From positions 1 through 35,495 of IMG/VR virus record IMGVR_UViG_3300017544_000281: a stretch of DNA of 35,495 bases; one strand, given 5' to 3'. The notes under the pieces are model-generated. The model was not told where the DNA came from, did not search any database, and saw only the letters and a program-made list of their open reading frames with translations. Positions within the stretch are counted from its first letter, which is position 1. The number at the start of each line of letters is the position of its first letter. The DNA is from a virus (Duplodnaviria > Caudoviricetes). Shown here one piece after another: positions 1 to 7,775 of the stretch. The translations under genes and the position numbers were made by a program.

Positions 1-30
1 CCGCTAGAGGCCGCCATTCCAAGCATATGC

Positions 31-121
31 GGAGCGGTGGCCGAGTGGTCGAAGGCGCTCGCCTGGAAAGTGAGTATACGTCAAAAGCGTATCGAGGGTT
101 CGAATCCCTCCCGCTCCGCCA
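31..121 (+). tRNA. tRNA-Ser(GGA)
   Basis: Acceptor stem GGAGCGG/CCGCTCC, discriminator G and encoded CCA; anticodon arm CTCGC-CTGGAAA-GTGAG (GGA at 65-67); long variable arm; GGTTCGAATCC T-arm. Confidence 0.97.
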
Positions 122-262
122 ACATCTCAATGCGAATCAATGAGATGGGCCTCATGGGGCCAGAAAATCCCCAGCTTCCGCGCGGTTTTGCCGGTGGCGA
201 CGGAACCTCAGAGACTGCCGAAAACGCCAAAATCGGTCTCTGACCGGCTTTTGTCTCTTTTC

Positions 263-291
263 ACCCGAACCTTATCTGAAAAGGTTCGGGT
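263..291. terminator. Stem-loop between the tRNA and the convergent CBASS operon (possible terminator)
   Basis: ACCCGAACCTT-atctgaa-AAGGTTCGGGT, a perfect 11-bp stem. Confidence 0.45.
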
Positions 292-444
292 CAAAGTTGT
301 CTCATTTATTCAGCCATTTGAACTTTATACATCGACACCCAGTTTGCTGCGCAATCGCGGCTAGCGTTGCGATCAGAGAACTCGAGGCGGGTATTTTGCA
401 GCGATCGGCGCTGGTGATTGTAATTGTCTGATTTAAGGTCGATT

Positions 445-1851
445 TCAGCGGCGGCGGAAGATCCGCTTGCTGGGCTTGTTCCTCGGCGGCATCACGCCGC
501 CCCGAACGTTGATATCGACCCGGCGGCGTCCGATAACGCGGCCCCACTGGTAGACGGTAAAATCCATGGCGTGGTTGCCATTATAAGCGGAATGCTCGTC
601 GGCAGTGAGAGCTGCCCCAGCAAAGTGGCCGATATCGTTCTTGCTCCAGGCGTCATGACCGCGGTTCCGAACCGTCCAGCGCACCGAGGCGCCGGCCGGC
701 AGCTGATCGGCGTTGACCAGCTCGAAGTGGATCGAGCAATTCTTCACGATCGTGGCGATGGAGTTCATGCCGTCTCGGACGTAGCTATCGTTGTCCCTCG
801 ACACTGCTCGGATGTAGATCTGAGGATCGAAGGTGTAGGCGACCAGCGCCGTGCTCTTCGCGACGCCCGCCTGACGCATTTCGCCGCCATCTTCGCCGTC
901 GAGGTCTTCCGGCATCGGGAAGAAGTGCTCGAAGGCCTCGGTCCAAATCTCAGCGGCGCTCTCCTCGCTCGTCGCGGCGTTGGCGCGCCGGGCAGTTTCC
1001 TCAAATTCGCGCAGCCGCGCTACGAGATCCTTGCTGGCTTCCGGCTTCAACCTGTTGAGGTCCTCACCGGTATCCACGGGATTGGCGACCTCTGCGCTGG
1101 CGTCCAGCCGATCGGCGATGGCGGTGATCGTCTTCTCCAGCACCTCGTCGTCATCAATGAGGTTCGATCGGTTGAGTTCACCAAACGCCTTGGCGACCAG
1201 GACGGTGAGCATGATCGACGACGGACGCGCAGCGTCATCCTTGATCTTCAGTGCCGCCCACATCTTGAAGTAGCAGACGAGGCGCCGCAACTGCGCGCGG
1301 TCGGATGCATCCTTGTGCAGGTCCTTGAACCAATTGTAGATTGCCTTGGGATCGCTCTTCTCCCATCCGCGGGACTCGGTCGCGAGCGCGCGCCGGTCCG
1401 CGCCGCGGTCTAGATGGTAGCAGGGCACGTCAATGTGGAAGTCCGGTTTGAAGGCGATGCGGCAGCAGCGCTCCTTCGCGGCCACGACACCTGAAGCGTC
1501 GTTATCGCCATCATCGGCATAGTCCAGCAGCGCGTTCTGCACGAGCTCCTTGAACCCTTCGGGTTCGTAGTCGCCGTCGTCGTCGCTGCCGGGCCATTCG
1601 AAGTATAGGCCGAGATCGATGTCGAACTCGGCGCCGAATTGCCACGGGCGGATCTGGGTGTCGAACTTGTAGGAGCCCTGCAGCCAGGTGCTCATCGTGT
1701 AGCCCGTGTCGTCCTTGAGCCGCGACTTCAGGAATTCGGCCAAGTCGTTCCACCGTGCCTGCTGGGTCGCGAACTGATCGCTGGACGGGGTGATGCGGGT
1801 GTAGAGGGACTGGTCGGACTGGGAGTGGAACAGGCGTGCAGCGCGGGACAT
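445..1851 (-). CDS. CBASS CD-NTase (cGAS/DncV-like, SMODS) with C-terminal AGS-C-like domain
   Basis: Pol-beta NTase motifs QGSY..T.IRP, EFDIDLG and FHIDVP; SDPKA; YFKMW; PSSIMLTVL; C-terminal WTVRNRG..EHSAYNGNH resembling AGS-C; adjacent patatin. Confidence 0.9.
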   Translation of the reverse strand: MSRAARLFHSQSDQSLYTRITPSSDQFATQQARWNDLAEFLKSRLKDDTGYTMSTWLQGSYKFDTQIRPWQFGAEFDIDLGLYFEWPGSDDDGDYEPEGFKELVQNALLDYADDGDNDASGVVAAKERCCRIAFKPDFHIDVPCYHLDRGADRRALATESRGWEKSDPKAIYNWFKDLHKDASDRAQLRRLVCYFKMWAALKIKDDAARPSSIMLTVLVAKAFGELNRSNLIDDDEVLEKTITAIADRLDASAEVANPVDTGEDLNRLKPEASKDLVARLREFEETARRANAATSEESAAEIWTEAFEHFFPMPEDLDGEDGGEMRQAGVAKSTALVAYTFDPQIYIRAVSRDNDSYVRDGMNSIATIVKNCSIHFELVNADQLPAGASVRWTVRNRGHDAWSKNDIGHFAGAALTADEHSAYNGNHAMDFTVYQWGRVIGRRRVDINVRGGVMPPRNKPSKRIFRRR

Positions 1852-1857
1852 GGGGCC

Positions 1858-2850
1858 TCAGATGCTGGCGTTGACGAAGGTGAAGGGTCGTGCTTCGTGC
1901 GCGAGGAACACGCGCAAGCGCTCGTCTGCCGACGCTTCGGCGAACGAGGTGCGGGCAAGCGACTGCAGGTTGGCAATCGCGCCTGGCGTGGCCACGTCGA
2001 GCGCGAGCTCGCGGCGCTGCTCGTCTGCCTGACGACGATCGATGCGCATGTACCGGTCGGCTAGCACGTGCTTCATCATGTCGTCGATCAGCGCCTGCTG
2101 TGACCCGATCATCACGTCGGTGAGCCGCTGGTTCCTCATCCATCCCATAACCCCCATGTCCGGATCGAGCGAGCTGGACATCGCGAAGTCGGTTGTAGTC
2201 GTCCCCACGCTGAGCAAGTGGATGTCCTCGCGCTGCGCGCCTAGGAACATTTCGGCCTCGTGCATCGCGATCATGTCAGGCGAGTTGGCGAACATGCCGC
2301 CGTCGGCGAACAGTTCGTCGCCGATCCGGTGCGCCGGGAAGTAGGTGGGTGCAGCCGAGGTGGCGAGCGCGACGTCGGCGACCTCGAGGCGCCAGTCGAG
2401 GACGAAGCGCTGATGATGCCCAGTCTTGAACACCTTAGGGCCGCCCTTTGTGAGGTTTACCGATGGGATCACGACCGGCCGGATCAGGTCCGACATGCGA
2501 GTCCCGTTTCCCACGATTTGCTCAATCGTGTCGCGCAGAGGAGCAGCGTCGTAGAGCGGCTTGGATACGTTGCGGGCGAAGCGGAGCAGCCACGCAGCCT
2601 TAGTCTTCGGCGCGGCCTCAGGGAAAATCCGGGCCCCATGTTCAATAAATGCGTCGCGGATGTCGCTAGCCCGGCGCCCTGCGGCGAGCCCCAGCGCGAT
2701 AATGCCTCCGATCGAGGTGCCAGCTATCAGGTCAAAACACTGGTTCAGCGGTTTCCCCGACCGCTCCTCCAGCTCCGCCAATACGGCGGCGGTGTATAGT
2801 CCAAGGAATCCGCCCCCGGACAGTGATAGGATCTGATAGGCCACAGGCAC
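1858..2850 (-). CDS. capV: CBASS effector, CapV-like patatin phospholipase (true start may be GTG at 2844)
   Basis: LSLSGGG oxyanion loop, GTSIGG nucleophile (GxSxG), SAAPTYF, DGG catalytic Asp; 6 bp upstream of the CD-NTase. AAGGGG SD spacing fits 2844. Confidence 0.9.
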   Translation of the reverse strand: MPVAYQILSLSGGGFLGLYTAAVLAELEERSGKPLNQCFDLIAGTSIGGIIALGLAAGRRASDIRDAFIEHGARIFPEAAPKTKAAWLLRFARNVSKPLYDAAPLRDTIEQIVGNGTRMSDLIRPVVIPSVNLTKGGPKVFKTGHHQRFVLDWRLEVADVALATSAAPTYFPAHRIGDELFADGGMFANSPDMIAMHEAEMFLGAQREDIHLLSVGTTTTDFAMSSSLDPDMGVMGWMRNQRLTDVMIGSQQALIDDMMKHVLADRYMRIDRRQADEQRRELALDVATPGAIANLQSLARTSFAEASADERLRVFLAHEARPFTFVNASI

Positions 2851-2861
2851 CCCTTTGGTAT

Positions 2862-2890
2862 GAACATAGTTCGAACGCTTAAGGGTGCAA
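2862..2890 (-). promoter_or_regulatory. CBASS promoter (TTGCAC-N16-TATGTT) overlapped by an alphaproteobacterial LexA box GTTC-N7-GTTC (2862-2876)
   Basis: Minus strand reads ttgcac ccttaagc GTTC gaactat GTTC ataccaaagggGTG. Confidence 0.7.
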
Positions 2891-3047
2891 TGGTCAGTTG
2901 GCCAACCGATAGGAAGCGGGCTTTCGTCACTTTCGACTTGGTATTATCGGGAGTGGTAAGTCCCGTAGCTGCTACCAGAGCAGTGGCAGCCTTTAGGAAA
3001 ACATCAGCAATCTGCGAATGACCCTGTTTAGGACGCGAAGCGGACCG

Positions 3048-3431
3048 TTATTTCTTATCATATACCACCGCCTCCTGCTCCGCCCATGACAGTTCGGCCG
3101 CACCCGTCATGTCCTTCAATGACATGGCGGGCGACACACGCTGGATCACTAGTTTTTCCAGCAACGCGGGGGACAGATAAGCCAGCCGCAGCGTCCGCCC
3201 GACATAGCGGTCCGAGACTCCCTCGGCCTCGGCAATATCCTGGATCGTTGCCGCTTCCCCGATCTCCAGCTTCCGCCGCCAGCTCCACGCCTTGGCGATC
3301 GCTTTCAGCACATGCGGATCCACCCCGCCGGTGTCCGGCACGATGTCCGTCGGCGGCACGATTTTCGGCCGCCCGTTGCGTTTGCGGATGGTGAGCGGGA
3401 TGAACACCCGCATTGTGGTGGGTGCGCTCAT
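3048..3431 (-). CDS. Small HTH-containing protein accompanying the serine recombinase
   Basis: ATIQDIAEAEGVSDRYVGRTLRLAYLSP HTH-like segment; ATGA overlap with the recombinase stop. Confidence 0.75.
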   Translation of the reverse strand: MSAPTTMRVFIPLTIRKRNGRPKIVPPTDIVPDTGGVDPHVLKAIAKAWSWRRKLEIGEAATIQDIAEAEGVSDRYVGRTLRLAYLSPALLEKLVIQRVSPAMSLKDMTGAAELSWAEQEAVVYDKK

Positions 3432-4747
3432 GCTGCCAACTCCAGTTTCGGGGTGACCATTTCACGGATGACCGATCCGAGGCCCTCTGTGCGCAGGTCG
3501 ACCGCAAGGCCGTCGGCGCTGACCGTGACCCGCTCAATCAGCAGCCGGGCAATCCGGGCCTGCTCGGCCGGAAACAGCGACTCCCAGAGCCCGTCAAAGC
3601 CCGCCAGCGCGGTGACCACGTCCTGTTCATCCATATCCGGTGCCGTTCGGCGGGTGGCTTCGATCGCCCGTGCTGCGATTTCCGGCGTACGCAGCAGCGA
3701 CCGGATGTGCTGGACCACGGCGCCCTCGACTATGCCCGCATTGAGCCGCACAAAGCTATCCCGGCCTTCACAGGCGCGGTTCCGGATCGCGTCCATCGAG
3801 GTGTAGTATCGGTAATGTCGGCTGCCCTTTTTCGTCACCGTCGGCGTCATGGCGATACCCCGATCGGTGAAGATGAGCCCCTTGAGCAACGCTGGCGTCT
3901 GGGTGCGGGTGTTGGCCGCACGCTGGCGCGGGCTTTCCTGCAGGATGGCATGGACCTGATCCCAGAGGTCAGGCGTGATGATCGCTTGATGCTCGCCGGG
4001 GTAGCTGGTGCCCTTGTGGACCGCTTCGCCCAGATAGAGCCGGTTGCGGAACAGCTTGTAGAGGAAGCCCTTGTCGATCGGCTTGCCGCGCTTGTTAAGG
4101 GTTCCCTTTGCCACCAGTTCGCGCGTCAGCAGGGTGGCCGATCCCAGTTCGACAAAACGCCGGAACATGTGGCGCACCGCCTCGGCCTCGGCCTCGTTAA
4201 TGACCAGCTTGCGGTCGACGACATCGTAGCCCATCGGCACGAAGCCGCCCATCCACATGCCCTTGGCGCGGCTGGCGGCGAACTTGTCCCGGATGCGCTC
4301 GCCGGTCACCTCGCGTTCGAACTGCGCGAACGACAGCAAGATGTTCAGCGTCAGCCGGCCCATGCTGGTCGTGGTATTGAACGCCTGCGTCACCGACACA
4401 AAGGTCACGTTGTTGCGGTCAAAGGCCTCGACCAGCTTGGCGAAGTCCATCAGTGAACGCGACAGGCGGTCGATCTTGTAAACGACGATGACGTCGACGA
4501 GCCCCGCCTCGACATCTTCCAGCAGGGCCTTGAGGCCGGGGCGTTCGAGCGACCCGCCGGAATACCCGCCGTCGTCGTAGCGTTCGCGCATGCAGACCCA
4601 GCCTTCGGCGCGCTGGCTGGCAACATATGCCTCGCAGGACTCGCGCTGGGCATCGAGGCTGTTGAACTCCATGTCCAACCCTTCCTCGCTGGATTTGCGG
4701 GTGTAGACGGCGCAGCGCAGACGCCGCCGGGGTGCCGTATCGGTCAT
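3428..4747 (-). CDS. Large serine recombinase (integrase)
   Basis: AVYTRKSS catalytic Ser motif, YDDGGYSGG, RPGL, DRLSR, FAQFERE; recombinase domain; start moved to ATG 4747, overlapping the upstream stop. Confidence 0.93.
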   Translation of the reverse strand: MTDTAPRRRLRCAVYTRKSSEEGLDMEFNSLDAQRESCEAYVASQRAEGWVCMRERYDDGGYSGGSLERPGLKALLEDVEAGLVDVIVVYKIDRLSRSLMDFAKLVEAFDRNNVTFVSVTQAFNTTTSMGRLTLNILLSFAQFEREVTGERIRDKFAASRAKGMWMGGFVPMGYDVVDRKLVINEAEAEAVRHMFRRFVELGSATLLTRELVAKGTLNKRGKPIDKGFLYKLFRNRLYLGEAVHKGTSYPGEHQAIITPDLWDQVHAILQESPRQRAANTRTQTPALLKGLIFTDRGIAMTPTVTKKGSRHYRYYTSMDAIRNRACEGRDSFVRLNAGIVEGAVVQHIRSLLRTPEIAARAIEATRRTAPDMDEQDVVTALAGFDGLWESLFPAEQARIARLLIERVTVSADGLAVDLRTEGLGSVIREMVTPKLELAA

Positions 4748-5208
4748 GCCGCGTCCTTCCGTTCCCGCAGGCCGAAGAAGCGGTAGCCGTTCCACTGGGT
4801 GCCGGTGATGTCCCGGGCGATGGCCGACAGCGACTTGTAGCGGCGCCCCTGCCAGTCGAACCCGTCCTTAAGCACGGTGATGACGTGCTCCACTCCGTTC
4901 CATTCCCGCACCAGGCGCGTGCCGATCACCGGGTTGCGCGGGTCGCTGATCACCGATTTGCGGACCTTCTTGCCCTCAACCTCGTCGGCCAGGGCATCGA
5001 GCAGCTGGCGCACCGGTCTCGACAGACCGCCGAAGGTCAGCTCCTGGATCCGGTAGGCCAGCCGCTGCTCGAGGAACGACCGGCTGTTGTTGGGCGCCTC
5101 TGTCTCGAACAGCTTTGCCCATTCGGCCTTCAGCTGTTTGACCGACATGTCCTTCAGCGCCGCCAGCCTGGCCAGCACCTGCGCATTGTCATCCTGTTTG
5201 TGCATCAT
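4744..5208 (-). CDS. DUF2924-family protein
   Basis: LAYRIQE..FGGL, GTRLVREWNG..H, YKSLSAIARDITGTQWNG.RFFGL; typical position upstream of a serine recombinase. Confidence 0.85.
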   Translation of the reverse strand: MMHKQDDNAQVLARLAALKDMSVKQLKAEWAKLFETEAPNNSRSFLEQRLAYRIQELTFGGLSRPVRQLLDALADEVEGKKVRKSVISDPRNPVIGTRLVREWNGVEHVITVLKDGFDWQGRRYKSLSAIARDITGTQWNGYRFFGLRERKDAA

Positions 5209-5420
5209 CGTCCTCCAATCCGGGCTTGTGCCCGCGGACGACTGACGCTCTCGGCCGGCAGGATAGCGAGTGAACTATCTCCGCGATCGGCAGATATAGA
5301 ACTGGACTGTTCGCGCATGCGCAGCACGCCGGCCGCCACGATGCGCCCCAACTCGGCGATCCGGGCATCGGGCGTCATCTGGTCTGGCGCGAGGGCATTG
5401 GGGTGGCTCTGGGCGATCAT
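5205..5420 (-). CDS. Small hypothetical protein, first gene of the recombinase operon
   Basis: 71 aa; stop overlaps the DUF2924 start; downstream of the TTGACA promoter. Confidence 0.6.
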   Translation of the reverse strand: MIAQSHPNALAPDQMTPDARIAELGRIVAAGVLRMREQSSSISADRGDSSLAILPAESVSRPRAQARIGGR

Positions 5421-5485
5421 CGGGCATTCCTGGCTGAAGGGCCGGGAGCCGCTGAACCGCTGGTTCGCTCCCGGGAACTCACTCA

Positions 5486-5514
5486 GGAATATTGATGGAT
5501 ATATCCCATGTCAA
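5486..5514 (-). promoter_or_regulatory. Recombinase-operon promoter TTGACA-N17-TATTCC with an operator-like site (TGGGA-TATA-TCCA) in the spacer
   Basis: Perfect -35, 17-bp spacer; spacer resembles the immunity-region palindromes. Confidence 0.6.
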
Positions 5515-5530
5515 AACGGTCTGGCGTCAC

Positions 5531-5552
5531 GAACCCTCTTGACAAAGGGTTC
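5531..5552 (-). terminator. Hairpin just after the repressor stop codon
   Basis: GAACCCT-cttgacaa-AGGGTTC, 2 bp beyond the stop at 5555; no clear U tract. Confidence 0.35.
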
Positions 5553-5554
5553 TG

Positions 5555-6280
5555 TCACCGCCGCCGGGTGTAGAGACTCTGGTGCGCGCGCAGGACAATG
5601 GCGACGATCGTGATGCCGTCGTCGCTGATGCTGTTTTCATCGGGGCGGCCGATCACGATCGGCTCCTGAAACTCAGCCCGGGTCGATTCTGCGCGTAGCA
5701 CAAAGTTCTGCCCATCGTGGTCGAGCCGCTTGCAGGTGAGCTCGTGGAGGTCGTGCTTGTCGCGCTGGACGATGACGATGTCGCCGGGCTGCGGCTCGAC
5801 ATAGCCGTAAGTGACCCGCAGGCACTCAAGATCCGATCCCGGCGGGATGATCTTGTCCATCGAATGGCCTTCCATGCGCAGGGCAAAGCGCTCACTGCCC
5901 GGGAAGGGATTGGGGCCGACCTCGATGGAATAACGGTCTTCTGCGCCCCAGGTGGTCTCCTCGCGCCAGACGCCGGCGGCAACCGCGCCCACGACCTCGA
6001 GCGTCTCGAAGGGCTGAGAGCCACCGACCCGGTGCATGATCGTGGTGGCGGCAGGGATCATCTGCGAGATATCCATCTCCAGCGCCCTGGCGAGGCCTAC
6101 CAGCGTATCGAGCGTCGGGTTGGTGCTTTTCCCCTTGATGATGTCGCGCACCAGGTAGGGGTTCTTCCCGCCTGTGGCCGCCATCGAGAGCGAGCGCGAG
6201 TTCCACTTCGCATCAGGCGCGGTCGCATCCTCGAGGAGCTTGCGCAGGAACGCGATGTTGAAGGCGGGGGTCTGGGTCAT
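5555..6280 (-). CDS. CI-like repressor, HTH plus S24 autopeptidase
   Basis: N-terminal HTH (NPTLDTLVGLARAL), VAAG cleavage-site-like motif, GHSM catalytic Ser, TCKRL catalytic Lys; divergent from cro-like gene; start set at ATG 6280. Confidence 0.88.
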   Translation of the reverse strand: MTQTPAFNIAFLRKLLEDATAPDAKWNSRSLSMAATGGKNPYLVRDIIKGKSTNPTLDTLVGLARALEMDISQMIPAATTIMHRVGGSQPFETLEVVGAVAAGVWREETTWGAEDRYSIEVGPNPFPGSERFALRMEGHSMDKIIPPGSDLECLRVTYGYVEPQPGDIVIVQRDKHDLHELTCKRLDHDGQNFVLRAESTRAEFQEPIVIGRPDENSISDDGITIVAIVLRAHQSLYTRRR

Positions 6281-6375
6281 GGGCTGTGGGTAACACTGTG
6301 GGATGTTTCCCGCAATCTTAATTGTGGGACGCAGCCCTACTTGTGAAGTTGGATTCATCCCGGAATAAAGGGTGT
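6281..6375. promoter_or_regulatory. Immunity region with three operator-like pseudo-palindromes and divergent promoters
   Basis: TGTGGGATGTTTCCCGCA (6297-6314), TGTGGGACGCAGCCCTAC (6323-6340), AGTTGGATTCATCCCGGA (6347-6364). Confidence 0.7.
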
Positions 6376-6612
6376 ATGACGCATCCCATCGTTCAAGAGA
6401 TCGATTCCTTCCTCAAGGCCCACAAGATGGCCGAGAGCTACTTCGGCCGCCGCGCCACCAACGACTGGAAGCTCGTGGCCCAGCTGCGCGCCGGTCGTCG
6501 GCTGTGGCCCGCCACCGAAGCGCGCATCCGGGCCTTCATGGAAAACTACCAGCCGGCCCCGCGCGGCCGTGCCTCCCACCGCTCCACCACCGAATCCCAA
6601 GGCAGGGTATAA
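6376..6612 (+). CDS. Cro-like small DNA-binding protein
   Basis: EIDSFLKAHKMAESYFGRRATNDWKLVAQLRAGR pattern; divergent from the repressor. Confidence 0.75.
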   Translation: MTHPIVQEIDSFLKAHKMAESYFGRRATNDWKLVAQLRAGRRLWPATEARIRAFMENYQPAPRGRASHRSTTESQGRV

Positions 6613-6953
6613 TGCAGAACATATCACGAACGAATACACGGCGACAGGTCGGCCACGAACTGCTGTTCTGTGCCTGGCTGGCCGATGCCGCAGGCGGTGA
6701 CCGTTATGAATATCACCGTGGGTTCCTCGCCAAGGACCTCGATCGCGGTCCGAAGCGCCGCCTCGACGAAAAGCAGCGCTGCGCACTCGAGCGCCTGGCA
6801 GGCCGTGCGCGCTGGGCGGCCGACAAGGGCTGTGTCCACCTCATCCAGGAACGGCTCGGTCCCGATACCTACAGCTACGTCGCGATCGCGCGGCCGCGGG
6901 CGCCGGGTGCGCGCAGCCCGCTGGCCGACATCGAACTGGCGGAGGTGGCGTGA
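6612..6953 (+). CDS. Phage hypothetical protein
   Basis: TAATG coupling to cro; FCAW...YEYHRGFL...VHLIQER.GP..YSY; stop overlaps the next start. Confidence 0.7.
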   Translation: MQNISRTNTRRQVGHELLFCAWLADAAGGDRYEYHRGFLAKDLDRGPKRRLDEKQRCALERLAGRARWAADKGCVHLIQERLGPDTYSYVAIARPRAPGARSPLADIELAEVA

Positions 6954-7756
6954 TGGCCAGCGCCTTTGAACGCCATGGGCTCGACCATCTGTCGGCCTCG
7001 TCGATCAACCTGTTCGTGGCGCAGCCTGCGATGTGGGCGATGCAGAAGCTGATGGGCCGCAAGTCCATGGTCGGCCCTGCTGCACACCGCGGCACCGCCA
7101 TTGAGGCCGGGGTCGAGATGGGCCTGTTCGATCCGGCCGCACCGGTCGAGGCCTGCCAGGAAGCGGCGATTGCCCGGTTCAACCAGCTGACGGCCTTGTC
7201 TGCCGATCCGGCGGTCCAGAAGGAGCGCGCCAACATTGCGCCGGCTGTCGCGATCGCGCTGGCGGAATTGCGGCAATACGGGATCCCGGAAGCTGCCGAG
7301 GGCAACCGCCAGCACCGGATCGAGGTCCAGCTTCCCGGCGTGCCGGTGCCGTTCATCGGCTGGCTCGACTTCTGGTATCCCGCGCATGGGATCATCGTCG
7401 ACCTCAAAACCCAGGCACGCCTGTCCTCGAAGATCTCCGATCCCCATGCCCGCCAGGGCGCGATCTATCATGCCGCTCACGGCAATGCCGAGATCCGCTT
7501 TGCCTATGTCACGCCCCAAAAGATGGGGGTCTACCGGCTCGAAGATCCGCGCCGCCACCTCGATCGAGTGGTCAGCATTGCCCAGTCGATCGAGCGGTTC
7601 CTCTCGCTGTCGGACGATGGCGCGGCGCTGACCCGCTCGCTCTCGCCGGACCTCGACAGCTTTTACTGGAACGACCCCGGCGCCCGCGCGGCAGCCGACG
7701 AGATCTGGGGCTTTGCCCCCGAAGGCGATGCCGCCTGCCTCAACGCGGCGCAATGA
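6950..7756 (+). CDS. PD-(D/E)XK RecB/Cas4-like exonuclease
   Basis: HLSASS, RGTA, GWLDF, IVDLKT and Q.AIY motifs. Confidence 0.8.
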   Translation: MMASAFERHGLDHLSASSINLFVAQPAMWAMQKLMGRKSMVGPAAHRGTAIEAGVEMGLFDPAAPVEACQEAAIARFNQLTALSADPAVQKERANIAPAVAIALAELRQYGIPEAAEGNRQHRIEVQLPGVPVPFIGWLDFWYPAHGIIVDLKTQARLSSKISDPHARQGAIYHAAHGNAEIRFAYVTPQKMGVYRLEDPRRHLDRVVSIAQSIERFLSLSDDGAALTRSLSPDLDSFYWNDPGARAAADEIWGFAPEGDAACLNAAQ

Positions 7757-7775
7757 TCAAAGAGGAAACAGGATT

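Noticed and set aside
37-243. 68-aa ORF at the window start
   Set aside because: Overlaps the tRNA-Ser gene.
445-520. RGG near the CD-NTase C-terminus as a Cap2 conjugation site
   Set aside because: Not terminal, and no Cap2/Cap3 genes in the operon.
424-1413. 329-aa plus-strand ORF opposite the CD-NTase
   Set aside because: Antisense shadow ORF typical of high-GC coding DNA; no motifs.
6950-7756. Cas4-like nuclease as a sign of CRISPR
   Set aside because: No repeat-spacer array or other cas genes; no Fe-S cysteine set; context is phage recombination.
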